A DNA stretch of 63,060 nucleotides, filler included, from Reclinomonas americana ATCC 50394 (GCA_048213135.1; 21 parts of 21 records of this genome joined end to end with filler, not necessarily neighbours in it), one strand, 5' to 3'. Counted from the whole stretch's first letter, positions 40,501 through 57,750 are shown. Notes: generated by a model from the sequence alone, not told the origin. Numbers and translations are program-made.

Positions 40501-42911
40501 GCATTTGCTGTCGCGCGGCGATTCGCCAATCACCTACGAGCTGGAAGGTCATCGCGTTCTGTCGGACACGGATGGCGAGTTGGTGGTGGAATCGGTGACG
40601 GCAGAGCGTCGACCACTGCCTGCGCACCTGACCGAGGTGCCGGTGGTGGAGGATGAAGAGCCGTTGTTGCGGCTGACGCTGGAGGGCGATGAGGAGGACC
40701 CGGCGACCGATGTGTTCCCGCTCACCGCGGAAGAGGAGGAGGAGGTGTATCTGGCACGCTGGATTGCCGACCACAAACGCAAATTGCTGTGGCTGGAGGA
40801 CGAGGCGGCGCAGCGTGCGGAGAAGGAGGCGGCGGCAGTGGATGCCGCTCATGATTCGCCGTGGTTGCCGTGGTATGCGCCCGAGGTGGAGGAGGAGGAG
40901 GTGGTGGAGGAGCTGGAAGAGGAGGAGGAAATGGGGGAGGAGCAGGGGGTGGGAGGACGACGTCTGTTGGCGGTGTCGGTGAGACTGAGCAATGTGGTTT
41001 TGGCTTGTGTGTTTTTGAGAGGTGACTTATGTGTGTGTGCGACAGCCTATGGGTGCGCTGGAAAACACGCGACCTCGCACTGTCGGCAAGCGCAAGTTGC
41101 TGGATAATTTCGGTGATTCGCTGGTCCACGTGAATAATTTGTACTCGCGGCGCTTTGGACCAGGAACGCGAAAGGTGGGTTTGTGGTAGGGGGGAAGGGA
41201 AAGGGAAGGAGAAGGGAGAGGGTTGAGCCAAAGACGAAGCCCGCCTCCTGTTTGCAGGGGGTTCTTTCGTGAAGAAAAAGAACGTAGGAAAGGAGAAGGG
41301 ATGAAGAATGGGGAGAGTGCGTGCGCTGTCCATTCACTTATGTGTATTGCGACAGGTGCCGGCGCACATGCCACACATGATTGACAAGGACATCTTCAGN
41401 NNNNNNNNNNNNNNNNNNNNNNNNNNNNNNNNNNNNNNNNNNNTTAATTAATTAANNNNNNNNNNNNNNNNNNNNNNNNNNNNNNNNNNNNNNNNNNNNC
41501 GTATTGCTGACTGTTGAGTCCTCTGTATTCGTACAGATGCCGGCGACATTCCTACGCAAGCTGCGTGTGTCGTTGTTGAACTCGACGCACTATCATCACT
41601 TGCCGAGTGACTGGTCGTGGGAGCACGTGGATCACGGCGATTATGATCATTTTGTGACTGTCGATCAGCTGTTGGATACACCGCGAGTTCGCGATGCATT
41701 GCTGAGGGCATGGCATGATGATCGAAAGTACAGGTGGGTAGGAGGGCAGAGGGATGGAGGGGAAGGGTGGGGGGAACGAGGTGTAGAGAATGAGCACTGG
41801 AGAGAGCGTGAAATGATGCACCGGTTAATTGCTGAAGGAAAATTATTGTTGGTCTAGGGGTGAGGGGGAAGTGAAAGAGGGAGAGAGAGGGAGGGAAGAT
41901 TAGGAATTTACGTGTGCATGAGCGTGTGGGAAGAGAAAAGATATCTTGAGAGTATGGGGCACATTAGGATGCAGACTGAGGAACTAGCTTTCTATGCGCC
42001 GTTACTCATCTTCTCCTTGTCTTCCTACTACACAGGCATGAGATAATCGACGACTCTGGCGACATTGCATTCCACATGCTCCGCGAGAACGACACGAATG
42101 TGCAGTACCAGTTGGATGAGATTCGGTGAGTGGGCGGCAAGCTGATGATGGAGAGCAACTTGTTGACCCTCATCCACCGCGTCCAGGGAGCGCCATCCCA
42201 AGTTCATCTGCCTCAACGATGACATGGGCGACGGTGCGCCACCGGCTCGCATTGTGTTGCACCAGTTCCTGGAGTGGTGAGCGAAGTTGATGCATTCCCT
42301 TTTCTCTCGTCGAGAATCCGCTCATCGTGTTGTCGCCAGGTACTGGCCCGAGGCAAGTTCGTTTGAGCTGCCCGACGGCGTCTACAATCAGTATCAGCAC
42401 ATGGATGAGCTGCTTGAGGCTCGCATGGCTGCGCAAAAGGCACTGATCAACAAGGTGCTGGTATGGGTGGGCGTTGCGGTGACGCTCGTGTTATTGAGGT
42501 TTGTTGGTGTTGCCGAAGGACTTGTCGATGTTGTTCTCACTCCAGCGGACACATAGATATGTGTTGCGAAGACTTACACGCTCGACAAGCAAGCTCGGGC
42601 ACCTGGTGCGCTCGCGCTGGTGCTACTGCGTGCGTCTGGCACTGTGTGTGGATGTGACATGTCGTTGGTGTTCGTGGTGCGGGAAGCGCCGCGGGGGCGA
42701 AAGAGAGCGTGTGACGAGCACGCACTTGCCGATGCACGATCTCGACTTGAGTGCGCATCGTGCCGACAGCCCCGCCGACGGCAGTGACAGTGGCGAGGAC
42801 GAGGCGGCGCGACGCAACGCCAATGGCGTGTCGACGGCGTCGGCCACCAGTCCGCCAGGCGATGTTGCAATTTCGCATCGGCATGAGAGGAGACCACGGA
42901 TAGATGTTTGA
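37055..42911 (+). CDS. GNPTAB: GlcNAc-1-phosphotransferase alpha/beta (GNPTAB-like Stealth protein with 2 LNR repeats); crosses two gaps
   Basis: N-terminal TM; Stealth CR2 [74 protein letters not shown] repeats [17 protein letters not shown] and [42 protein letters not shown]4 [20 protein letters not shown]-terminal TM. Confidence 0.93.
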
Positions 42912-43128
42912 TGGGGAGAGGGATGATAGAATGTAAGATTGAAATTGTGTTGCTTTTACGCAAAGCTTGACGACAGCAAACCACGAAGAGGTGGAGGACG
43001 GTATTTTACGAACCACGAATCCTGAAGGCAGCAGGCGACGCTTAGTTTGACACGTGACCTTGTGGTGGTACGGTATCTCGGATATACATTGTCTTTCTTC
43101 CCCACACCTCCATTCTATAGCCCCCACC

Positions 43129-46025
<2,897 letters not shown>

Positions 46026-46385
46026 GCTTGTAGATGTGCTACTGTGTGCTTCTGTACATGGGCATTCGTGCGCGAGGTTGCGCTGCGTGTTGACGCCTTT
46101 TTGCACCCGTGGATGAGTCTCGACGTCGACGTTCGAATTCGTGATGGTTTTGCGCGAGAATGCCTCAGCATGAATTTCCCTTTGCGTGTCGCTTCTGGCG
46201 CATCAGCCTCCAGCAAATAGTCTCCGATCGACTCCCACCAACCAGTGAGAATGTGATCCGAGTCAGCTGCCGCCCGCGTGTCTGTACTGCATGCAGATTG
46301 TCGAGCATGACATCAATGCCAGCAGCAGGTGGTGTCCCATCTACGTTGCGTTCCTTTACTCTACTTATGCGCAACAAGCCTGCTG

Positions 46386-47714
46386 TCAAGACATTGTGCG
46401 TAGCTGATCGACAACCACGTCGAGATCAAGCGGAAGAACGACGCCGCTTCGTTCATCGGCATGTTCTTCTGGATGCGCAAGCTGGGACTCTGGGTTGCCA
46501 CCAGTGGCGCTGGATTGCGTTGAGTTGGACCCGGAAGCTTCCGAGCCATCGTGATCCGCCTCCACATGCGGAGTGGCGGTGGAATGCACTGATCCTGAGG
46601 CCACCGACTCATCGTGACCCGTCTCCTCCTCGCGGCCAGCTTCCGAGGCCGCCGCGGAGAGCGGCGGTGGATCAACCGGCTCATCTGCTCGCTCTGCATC
46701 CGGCGTCGTGCACGTGCCCGCATGCACACGCTGCGGAGCCTGTCAGCTCACACGATGTAGACACACAATTGTATACACCACTCGTGCACATACCTCCACC
46801 ATCATCGGTGCTGTCGGCTGCACCATGAATGCGTGCATCAGAGCGTCGCCGGCCAGCAGACGCTCCTCGGGCTCCATCACCGTCAGCCTCTTGAACAACT
46901 TGGCTGCCTGCTGCACGTACTTGGGGCACAACTCCTGCCCAGAGTGGCGGCGGTGCATCGCAGGCACCTCCTGCAACAGCACTTCTCGCGCCACATCGAG
47001 AACCTCACTCGGATCGAACGCCACGAACCCGTCGCTATCGCCATGCAACAAGAGGCCCGACATCACCTCCACCAGCAGCAGTCCGAGGCACCACGAGTCG
47101 GCGGCCGCCGAGTACTGCGGGAGCTTGTCCATGTCGCTGTCCGACACAAGGAACTCAGGCGGCTGTACACGTGCACAGGTAATGAGGGACATTCTCTCCT
47201 TCTACAACAAGAAAGTAAACACATCGCAGACATAGATACCTGGTATCCGTACGTCCCAGCACCTCCCGTCGCCAGACCGTGTTTGTCCACCTTGCGTGCG
47301 TGGTCAAAGTCGCCAAGCACGGCTCGTCGGTGCTCACGGCTGTAGAAGACGTTGCCGAGACGAACGTCGCCGTGCACAACACCGCAGCGGTGAGTGTACG
47401 CCAGCGCACGCGTCACGTCCGTAATGTACTGCCGCACTTCGCTCTCGTCGAATGGATCCGGCACGTCGTTGCCGTAAAACGGCATGCTGAATCCGAACCA
47501 GTCTCGCTTCTGGCGATGCCAGCCATGCGCGATCACCGTCGGCAAGTAGGCGACATCGTCGCTCACCAACACCCGCCGCAGTACCACGGCCTCAGCTCGT
47601 GCGCTGTTCGCCTCGCGTTTCTCCCGACTCCTTCCCCACTTGGTCACAATGCGTCGCTCTGGGACCCGCCAACAACGCGCTCTCATCAGCCACAAGAAAA
47701 GTACACATAGCGGT

Positions 47715-47768
<54 letters not shown>

Positions 47769-49583
47769 GTACGCACCCTTGTCGACCACCACCACAACGT
47801 GTGACCTTGAGTGGAGAACGTCGACAGTGTCAACGCCTGGTCCAGCCAACGGCAGCAGCGCATCCTCGTTCACGTAGTCACTCGCCGCCACCCCCTCGTC
47901 GGTCTTCTTACTGTCGTCGACACCGCCAAGGAGACTTGCCGATGGTCTCAGCGGCTATCGACGATACCATTCCAATAGGAGGAAACGAATAAACGAGTCT
48001 CGAGGGGCTCCTAACCACATCTAGGCCATCGCCAACAGCTGCCGCAGTGCGGCGAACAGCACGAAATATGCGCAGTTGAGCTTGCAGCAGCGACGCCACA
48101 GATCCGACTCCTACGATCAAGGTCAAGGATAATGAGAATGCATACACAACATCGAACTTGCATCAAAAAACGACGAAACGACGGCCACGGACGCCACCCT
48201 CTTCAAAGTCCCAGGTGCCAACCACTGTGACGCGAATACCGGTCACTTCAACAACGCCAGGCACACTGCCGCCCTTGATGTGTGGAGCAAATCGCCAGAG
48301 CGACAGGCCAAGAGGCGTCAACAGCCAGCTGAAGAACACGGCATCCTGTGCCGCGTAGCTGCCAATCACAATCAGCAGCTCCTGCCAGCACGCGCATCCG
48401 TTGACCACGGTCTTCACAAAGTCAGCATGGAACGCGGTGGTGCTGAACAGGCGCTGAAAGGCCGGGAACGAGTAGCTGCGCAGACGAGAATGAGATCGCA
48501 TCACACATGACACAGTGTGAGGGCCAATGCACCCAATACAACAGTGACGCACGCTGGTTCAAGCTCTCCGTAGTCCTTCTGCAGTTTGGCCTCGGCGGTC
48601 ACATAGTTGATGCCAAGTTTGCCGCGGTGGTGGACAACAAGGTCAGCTCGTTTCGCATTCGGCCCGGATTTCACTGCATTGACAAGCATCAGTCATACAC
48701 GATCGCAAAGATTCAAACTCTGGTACACACAGCAAATCACACACGTACGTGCACAGTCCTGTTGCGCCTGGAACAACTCGGGAAGGGAGCTGGCAAACGG
48801 TTGCGTCAACGTCTCGCCCATCATGGTGACCATGGTGGCTTCGCATGTGCTTGCTGTTGGCCATAAAAGTAAGACGCAGTGCAGCGCCAGAAGCAGCGCT
48901 TGAGGCAACGCACCAGTGTAAGCGACTCGCGTCATTCCATACCCGCGAAACGTCCGCAGCATTCGATGCAAACCGATGGTCGCGTGCTCCAAAAATGCAC
49001 TCTCCTCCGGCGCGAGGAGACCAGGAGGAAGAGCAGCCGCCACGTCGCGTGTCACTGTGAAACTGTGCAACAAAATGTCTCCGATCAGAACCCCTCTTGA
49101 CACAAACAGACACTGAATGCATAACTGCGAAGCGTCGTCTCGATGCTCATCGACCACAGCAACGAGTCGATCCACCAGCTCGATCTCCTCATCAGTGAGC
49201 AACGGTGCCCACGATCCATTGTGTGGCACGGTGTGAACATGAGCAGGCGGCGTGCTCTCGCGGAGGCGACGAACGGCGTCGAAATTCGGCGCTCCAAACA
49301 CATCTGCGTGCGCCGCGACAACAACGCTGGTGGGTACACAGTCGACGCAGGAACACAGAGCGAGAGAAGAGATACAGCCATGAAGAGGGAGGAGAGATGC
49401 AGAGGCAAGAGAGAGAGACAGGGCGATGAGTAAAGGAAAAGAGAACGAATCAGTCAGCGAGAATAAACACACACACACACACANNNNNNNNNNNNNNNNN
49501 NNNNNNNNNNNNNNNNNNNNNNNNNNNTTAATTAATTAANNNNNNNNNNNNNNNNNNNNNNNNNNNNNNNNNNNNNNNNNNNN

Positions 49584-49676
<93 letters not shown>

Positions 49677-50514
49677 AAGCAAGCTGGCAAGCAAGCAAAC
49701 GCACTATCTTGCAACCGCTGACTGAACTCCGCCGCAGTCGGATCCCCGTCAGCACCAACTTCCTGGCGCCACTGGAGATGTTGACGGAACAGCGTCATTG
49801 CTGCTTCTCCATCTCTCTTTCTTGGCAGCTTCTCGTGCAGGTCGTCATGAGCGGCCAGAGAGGCCACTTTCGCTGCGTCGTTGAGCAATGTCTCGGCCAC
49901 ATCTCGCGAGATGGAAAGAGCGCTCTCGGTGAGCGTGTCGACGCAATCATAAAGCACTGGACCAACAACCGAACAGGTCAGTGTGTGTATATAACAAGCA
50001 CAGTTAATGCACACTTACTCCCATCGCTGAAGTACATTTGTCTCTTCGCACGCAGATGATTGCGGAGAGAGAGACGCGCACATTTGAAAATGTCGTCAGT
50101 CGCTGAAGGCAATTGGTAAGTGAGCAACTGCACCAAGAACGTCGTTATGTAAAGCCATCTCAACAACCTCGATCGACGTCGCCAATGTTTGTGTAACCGG
50201 CTTCGATCAGGAGGTCGCGGAGAGCATTGGAGAGCGCTTGCGCTGCGCAAATCGCCGTCCTTGTGAGCACACGAGACAGATGAGGTGACAGAATGCAACA
50301 CCAAAACCTTTGATCGTCGCCTCTTCTAAATTCACTGGCTCTTCAGTCGGAGGCGGCGGTGCTGCTGCTGAGGGTGGCGTTGGCGTTGCTGAGGATGACA
50401 AGAGACAAGAGAGTGAATGGAAATTCGAAAGAGATCGAGGCAGTGTGAGCTTGTGCGCGTGTGTGCGCTTGCCTCACCTCCAGATGAATCGACGAGACTT
50501 GTGGGTCGACTCAT
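46386..50514 (-). CDS. Multi-exon protein: N-region + PD-(D/E)xK REase-like domain + protein kinase + acidic tail (Crinkler/CR-effector-like); crosses a gap
   Basis: MSRPTSLVDSSG|ATPTPP..; KRADLVVHHRGKLGINYVTAEAK (~48652-48586); CWQELLIVIGSYAAQDAVFFSWLLT; kinase IVTKW..AEA..YLPTVIAHG..HRCGVVHGDVRLGNVFY..VLGDFDHA..GTYGYQ|PPE..ADSWCLG..RLLAGDALMHAF. REase-like and kinase exons lie on one contig; linkage of the 5' exons across the gap is inferred. Confidence 0.7.
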
Positions 50515-50743
50515 GCGCGCAAAAGAAAGAAAGAGACAAGTGAGAAAACTATCAAAGCAGGACGTGCCTTGTGTAAACACTGAAACGTTCAGCAGTTACC
50601 TCTCATGCTGACACCGATCTTGTACTTCTTGTCATTGTCAATCAACGAGCGCTTTCGTCAGCGCTGCGGGCTTCGTTGGGTGTGCTTCGTGTCCTATGCG
50701 TGTCCCACTATTTCTTTTTTTGTTGTTTCGTTTGTGAGTTGCA

Positions 50744-51027
50744 ATGTTGCGCTCGATTGGTGAGAAGCTGCGCAAGGCGATTGGAGGAACGTACGACTCG
50801 GCGATTATCTTGGCGGAGTCGTATCGTTATCCCGCACCTGCGTTGCGTCACTGAGAGAGAGAGAGAGCGCAGAAGGAGAAGGATGTGTGTGAGAGAGAGA
50901 GAGAGAGAGTTAGAGACGTGTTGTGTGAGAGAGAGAAAGACACACACACACAGATAGAGAGAGGTTCTGTGCATTTGAGAGAGAGAGGAATGAGAAAGTG
51001 AGTGACTGTTAGAGAGACACAGTAGTT

Positions 51028-51075
<48 letters not shown>

Positions 51076-51498
51076 TGTGTGCCTTGAGTGTGTGCTTTAG
51101 AGAGAGAAATGCACGCATTTTCAGTGTGTGTGTTGTGTGTGTGTGTGTTGTGTAGTGTGTGTGTGCATCTTGCGAGTCACATGCGCGCATAGTATGTGAG
51201 ATTGATCAGTGAGAGAGAGGGAGAGAGCAGCGTGTGTATGTGTTACTCGAGCGCACACACTCTCAATGCAACATGCACAGAGAACACGTACTGTGCCGAG
51301 TCTCTCTCTCTCTCTCTCTCACTCACTTTCCTCTTCTCCTTTCCGTGTTTTTTTCTTTTTGCAGTTCGCAGCCGCACGTGTGGGTGCCTCGCAATGAGCC
51401 GGCGCACGAGTTCAACATCAAGTACTTTACTCGTGACACTCGTCGTGGGAAGAGCGACACGGTGGTGTTGACTCCGCAGGCGGCGCAGGATGCGGCAG
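50744..51498 (+). CDS. NDUFA7: NADH:ubiquinone oxidoreductase subunit B14.5a/NDUFA7-like (first two exons; rest in gap)
   Basis: Exons 50744-50841 and 51365-51498 splice to MLRSIGEKLRKAIGG..YRYPAPA|SQPHVWVPRNEPAHEFNIKYFTRDTRR; the Y-x-RD-x-RR and YRxPxPxSQP motifs are characteristic. Confidence 0.75.
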
Positions 51499-51602
51499 GT
51501 GGGTGCAGTGGAGAATGAGGGGAAGTGAGGGGGAAAGGAGATTGGGAGCAAGACTGAGAGCAATAGAGAGAGAGAGAGCAAGAGAGAACGGAGGGAAAGG
51601 AT

Positions 51603-51650
<48 letters not shown>

Positions 51651-51776
51651 GAGAGAGAGGAGGGAGGGAGGGAGGANNNNNNNNNNNNNNNNNNNNNNNN
51701 NNNNNNNNNNNNNNNNNNNNTTAATTAATTAANNNNNNNNNNNNNNNNNNNNNNNNNNNNNNNNNNNNNNNNNNNN

Positions 51777-51815
<39 letters not shown>

Positions 51816-52417
51816 CTTGAAGGGAATGAAACGAAGAGAGACGTGAAGGGGGGAGGAGAGAGAGAGAGACCTGAAGGGAATGAATAGAAGAGAGACCTGA
51901 AGGGATAGAGAAGAAGATAGGCTTGAAGGGAGATAGAAGAGAGCGTTGATCTTTTCAATAGAAGAAGAGAGCCTTGAAGGGAATGAAAAGAGAAGCTCGA
52001 ATGGAGAGAAAGAAGTAACGCGAAGGGAGAGAGAAAGAGAGAGAGAGAGACCTGCAGGAAATGAAAAGAAGAGAGACCTGAAGGGATAAAGAAGAGAGGC
52101 TTAAAATAAGAGAGACTTGATGGGAGCAAAACGAAGAGAGACATGAAAGAAGAGCCAGAGATGACTTAAGGAAGGCAGAGAGACAGGCTTTATGAAAGGA
52201 TTGCGAGGGAGAGCGACACATATACCAAACTTTTGTTGACTCTCTCGGTCCCCTCTTCAAGTCTTCTCTCTCGCACACACTTGACTCCAAATTCTTTTCT
52301 CGAGCCTCACTCTCTCATCCTCTTGACAAGGGCAACTTCGCCCAGTCACCTCACTCGCGTCTTACTTCACTCCCTTGCCCTCTCCCTTGACCCCCTCTCC
52401 CTTCGCGTGCACAAACC

Positions 52418-55400
52418 TGGGTTCCCAGACGCGGCAATGGGAATGGCGGCCAGCACTCCCGCCACACTCTCGCCCGTGATGAGACCGGCGGCAAACAGCA
52501 GCGCCCTCGTGGTATGATTCATCCACGAGGAGCCGCCGACGGCCTCTGTCAATCGCTCCTCGGCAGTCTGCGCACCCGTCCGTGAGCAACAAAATCACCA
52601 TTTCCACAGCACACGTTGCGACGCAACTTGCTTGCGAATGCACTTGACAATCATGTGGGCGATCCAGGCCAGCAGACCGCCGAGGAATGTGGTGAAAATG
52701 AGGCCAAACGGCAGGTACAGCCCTGGTGAGCAAGGGTGAGCGACGCACGAGCAATGGCCTCTCCCTTCAGCCTCTCACCCAGTGCAAATGCCAACGTCGG
52801 GAACCGGAAGGAAGCCTTCTTCCACTCGAGAATCCAGTCGAGAATGAGCACCGCGAAGCAAATGCCAGCTCCAATGCCGACAAACGCCCACGGGAGATTG
52901 CCCTGCATAGATGGATAAGCGAAGACTGCCACGAAGCAATCGACAGGGCACGTCAAAAATACCTCAAACATTCCCTGCGCCACGCTGGCCATCAGGTGGC
53001 TCTGTGGTGCCACCAACGGGTCTGGAGGGCAGGTGGGAGGGGGAGGAGGGACGGAGAGAAGGAGAGGAGAGGGAGAGAGGCGAAGAGGAAGAGACACGAT
53101 GATAGAGAGAGAAAGAGGAAGAGCCAAAGAGTGAGAGAAAGAGAGAACATCGGGGACAGAGAGGCCAATAACGAAGGAAGGGTGGAGAGACAAGAAGAAA
53201 GATGAAGGGAAGAGGCGATACACAACCAGGGTAACAGAGAGATGGACAGAGAGATGCGTATAGAGGGAGAAAGTCAATGAAAAGGGAACGAGAGACAAAT
53301 GGAGGGGAAGGGGAGAGACAGACAAAAAGAGTGAGAAGGAAAGCGAGAGAGAGACAAAGAAGGGGAAACGAGAGACAAAGGAGAGCAAGGGGGAAAGAGA
53401 CAGACAACAGAGACGCAAACAGTGAGAAGGAAAGCGAGAGAGACAGAGACACACACAGACACAGAGGGAGAAAGTCGATGAAAAGGGAACGAGAGACAAA
53501 TGGAGGGGAAGGGGAGAGACAGACAAAAGAGACCCAACAGTGAGAAGGAAAGCGAGAGAGGACAAAGGAAACGGAATGTAAGTCAATATGGAGAGGAAGG
53601 GGAGAAAAAACAGAGAAAGACAAGAAAAGGGGCGAGGCACAAAGAAGACACGCGGAGAAAGAGGGGAAGAGAGAGAGAGAGAGAGAGAGGACGTGAGTGC
53701 GACACATATGTGAGTAACGAGCTTGGCAACGAAAGCGCAACGAGGATGCTGCGGCGTCGGCACGCCAATGCCGTACGCGTCAAGGAGCAAATTCATCACA
53801 GGCGCGGCGACGAGAGCCGGCAAGACGACGCCCACCATTTGCATAATTTGCTGGCGGTACGGTGTGCTGCCGAGAAGCGCGCCGGCCTGCACGAAGTGAA
53901 AAGGAGGGAACACAAACACAAGAGAGAGAAAGTGAGCGAACTAAATCAAATTTCGCCGCCCATGTGCGCACGCTCTTTTCGCTTCTCTCTCCCCTTTCTG
54001 TCTCTGTGCGTAGCCGCTCAAGATACCCTCTCCTTTCCTTTCCTCTCTTCCTTTCCTTCTTTCCCCCTCCCCTCTCCCCGTGCCAAACCTTCAGATCCTG
54101 CATATTGTCACCCGCAATCTGCGCATGAACCCGAGTGAGTGACCAGAGCCCACAAACCCCAATATTCCGCACACGCACGCAACTCCTGCCGCCGTGCACA
54201 CTGCTGCTCCACAAAAGATGGCCGCGCCAGGTCCCTGTGCCCCGCACAAGCACCACATCAGTACCAACCCTCAACACACACACACACGAGTATCAAATGG
54301 AACGCACCAACTGATCGCCCTTGCCGAGGAAGCCGAGCAGCAGGCCCGAGCACACCATGACGGTGAGGATGGTGACGCCAGACACAGGATTGTTGCTGCA
54401 GCGGGAGGTCAGTACGCGCACGCAGGCGGCAGTGCGCGGCACACACACACACCTGCTGCCGACGACAGCCGCCATGTACGCGCCGACGGAGCTAAAGAGG
54501 AAGGATGCGAGGAGCATGAAGAAGCCCATGAAGATGGACAGCCAGATGGACTTGCTGCTCACACAGTCTATCAGTAAGCACGCAGCACAACAGGCGACGA
54601 TTGCCACTCGCGCACGCAACGTAAACACCCAGCAGATGAACACGAGTGGAATCGTAAAGACGAGCGTGGACACTGCGTGTAGCGAGTGAATGCAAGCCAA
54701 CAAACTCCTCAAACACTGCAAAATTTCGACAAACCAGCGGCCCAGTGCAATGGGATTTCGCGCTCCGTTCGCGGGATGATGGCTGCAGCAAGTATCGCGT
54801 CAAATGAAGAGCAGAGCCCTTCTTCCGAAAAACAGCATCACTCACCGCCTCTGTTCCTCCTCATTGCGCGGTAGTCTCGGAACGCTTGAATGACACCGCG
54901 CCACACTTTGGGTGCCAATCCCACGAACGCACCAACGCCACCGATGAGCATTCCGCCGACACCCACGAATCCTGCCCCGCATCGCACGAATGAATAAATG
55001 GAGAAAAAGAAACAAGTGAGCATCACATGCAACGCACTCGTATACTTGGACCACAGCGCATTGTAGACGTGGATGGCGTCCTCGCCAGGCACCACGTCGC
55101 GCTTCAGCATGCACACAATCGGCATGATGATGGAGATCACCAGCGAGCCACACATCTGCGACATGATTGAGTCTCACTCGACACTAAAGGCAGAAGCGTC
55201 GGATAGCACACGCACCATTACAGTGCCCGTCGGCAACGCCACCACATAGCCGACGCACAGATTGGCAATGCTGAGGCTGACGCCAAAGTAAATAATGCCG
55301 CCACCCACAAAGGCGGCCATCTCAAAGTCCTCGCTCCAAAATCTGCCACAGGGGTCAACGCGTGGCACTCAAAACGCGATCTGGCAGCACGCGCGAGCAC

Positions 55401-57718
55401 ACACCTCAACCCAGTCTCCATGCTGCGCCAGCACACCATGCACGAGTGAGAAAAACTCACCACCGCCACCATTTGTGCCCTTCACCCTCGACGCAACAAT
55501 TTTAACAAGAACCCGACGGCGGTGCCATACAGAATGAATTGCATGGCCACCCGAGTGAGGTCGGTGCCCTTGTCGCCGCCGGAACCACCGCCTCTCCTCA
55601 CCAGTGGCGTCTCGTCCGTCTCTCGCGACTTGCCGTTCGCCGGCGAGGAGAGAGCACCGGCACCGTCGTCGTCGGAGCCTGGTGAACCGGGATCCGCCGG
55701 CAGCGACGCTGCTCCCGTCGAGCCGCTTCCTCCAGCCCCGTCGCCGGCGCCGGTGGTGCCGTCGGACTCGGTGTCGAGAATGTCGACCGAGGTCGCAATG
55801 CCGCGACTCCGTGCCGACTTGCGCGGTCCGCCGCGGCGCACGTACATGCCACCTTGCACTGAGGTGCTGCTCTCGCTGCCAATGTCGCGATCGGTGTCGC
55901 GCCCCTCCTCCTCGTCGTTGGCGGTCGTGTTGGTGTCAGCGGCAGCTTTGAGGCACTCCTCGCTGACGTCGGGGACGTTGCCCTTGGCGGCCTTGAGGAC
56001 GTGGACCACGGCGTAACTGCGTGAAGGGGAAAGGGGTGTGAGGGAAAGGTGGTATTGGGGAAAGGGAAGGAGGGGGAAGGAGAGGATTTGGCGGAATGGA
56101 GTGAGGGGAAAAAAGGATTTAGGGATGGGGGATATAGTGAAGACGGATACAAGGGAAACGGGATGTGGAATGAGAGAGATGGCTTGAGGGGGATGCGACA
56201 CGGAAAAGAAGACACAGGGAAGAGGATGAGGGGAGGGAGGGAGGGAATGACGGAAAGAGAGAACGATGAAGAGGGATCAAAGGAGCGGGGAATGGGAGTG
56301 AGGGGAAGGAGGACACAGGGAAGGAGGATGAGGGGCAAGCAGGTGGAGGGAACGTGGGAAGAGAAAAAGTTGGAGAGGGACCGAAGGAAAGGGAATGGGA
56401 ACGAAGGACATGCGAAGTAAGGGAAGGTCTCTCCATTTCTCTCTCTCTCTCTTCCTTCCCCTCACATCCCCATTCGCGCATCCTCCTTCTTTCTCATTTC
56501 CTTTTGTCGATCAAATCTAGGGCGGAAGGAAAGAGTGGAGAGAGAAAGAGAGCGGGATAAACATCTACAAGGGCTTTCTCAGCGGCCTCTCCGAAGCTCT
56601 AGCTGGTGTGCCTCGCCTGCGTTCCTATCGTCCCACTCGTGCTCTCTGTCTATCCCTCTCTCCTGCTTTGTTTCTCCGCCCTCCCTCACCAGAAAGAAAG
56701 AATGGAGGAGAGAGAACTAAGAGCAAACATTTGCGCTGACTCTCAAGAATGAGGACGATAAGAGAACGTAGACAGAGGATCGAATCTGCGCTGACAAACA
56801 AACCCTTCTGGAAAACGCAGATCGGGGTCGAAGCAGAGGATGCGTCGCAGCGGCACGGTTAGGAGCACGCCAAGGATGCCACCGATGCTCATCACCAGCG
56901 TTGTTTCCAAGTATTTGAAATCGGACCACACAGAGAGGATGATCAGTGCAGGTAGTGCTGTGAATGAATGAGGGAAAGAGTTTCAGTTTGCCGTGCAGTG
57001 CTGAATAGAGAAGGGCGAGGGCGCAACTGTACACCGCCTGCGTAAGGTGACGCGAGGGAGAGGTGAGCGAGACAGTCCGCGGTGAGACACGCTGCAACAA
57101 GGCAAACAAACCCCAGCCATGGCTGACGATCCGGCGCTGACGCCCGTCTGGATCATGTTGGTTTCCTGTCACCAAGCAGAGATGAGGGCGAAGGGGAGGG
57201 GAGAAAGTGTGCGAGTGAGAGAGAGAGAGAGTATCATCATGAGGATGGATGGAAGAGCACAAGAGTCGCGGTAGCGTCTGAATGTCACGTACCAACAAGG
57301 TCGAGTCATTCGTGCACCGCAACACCGACAAGCTCAAAATGGAGCTGGGAATCGACACAGAGATTGTTGTGCCCAGGAACCTGTGCACAGAAAAATGCAA
57401 TTAGCAGACCGACAACACACAGCAAGAAAGGGAGAGCGCCACGCAACAATCCGAGATATGTATTCGCCGAACTGAGCACAATCTGCACATGCAGGAGCGG
57501 AGAGAGACGTGAGTGACAGGAAAAGAAACGCCAAAGTCGCGGAATGTGACGCCTATCTCGCGGCTTGCACGCTGCCTGCCTATCTCTGCATGCGCGAAGG
57601 TGTGCTTCTATTGTATTGATTTGGCGAAGTGTAAAGTCGCCCCTGCCTCGCGTGCTGCACGCTGTTCGCCAGGATCTTCCTCTGTGTGCGTGCTATGAGA
57701 GAGAGACTTGCTCGCGGT

Positions 57719-57750
<32 letters not shown>

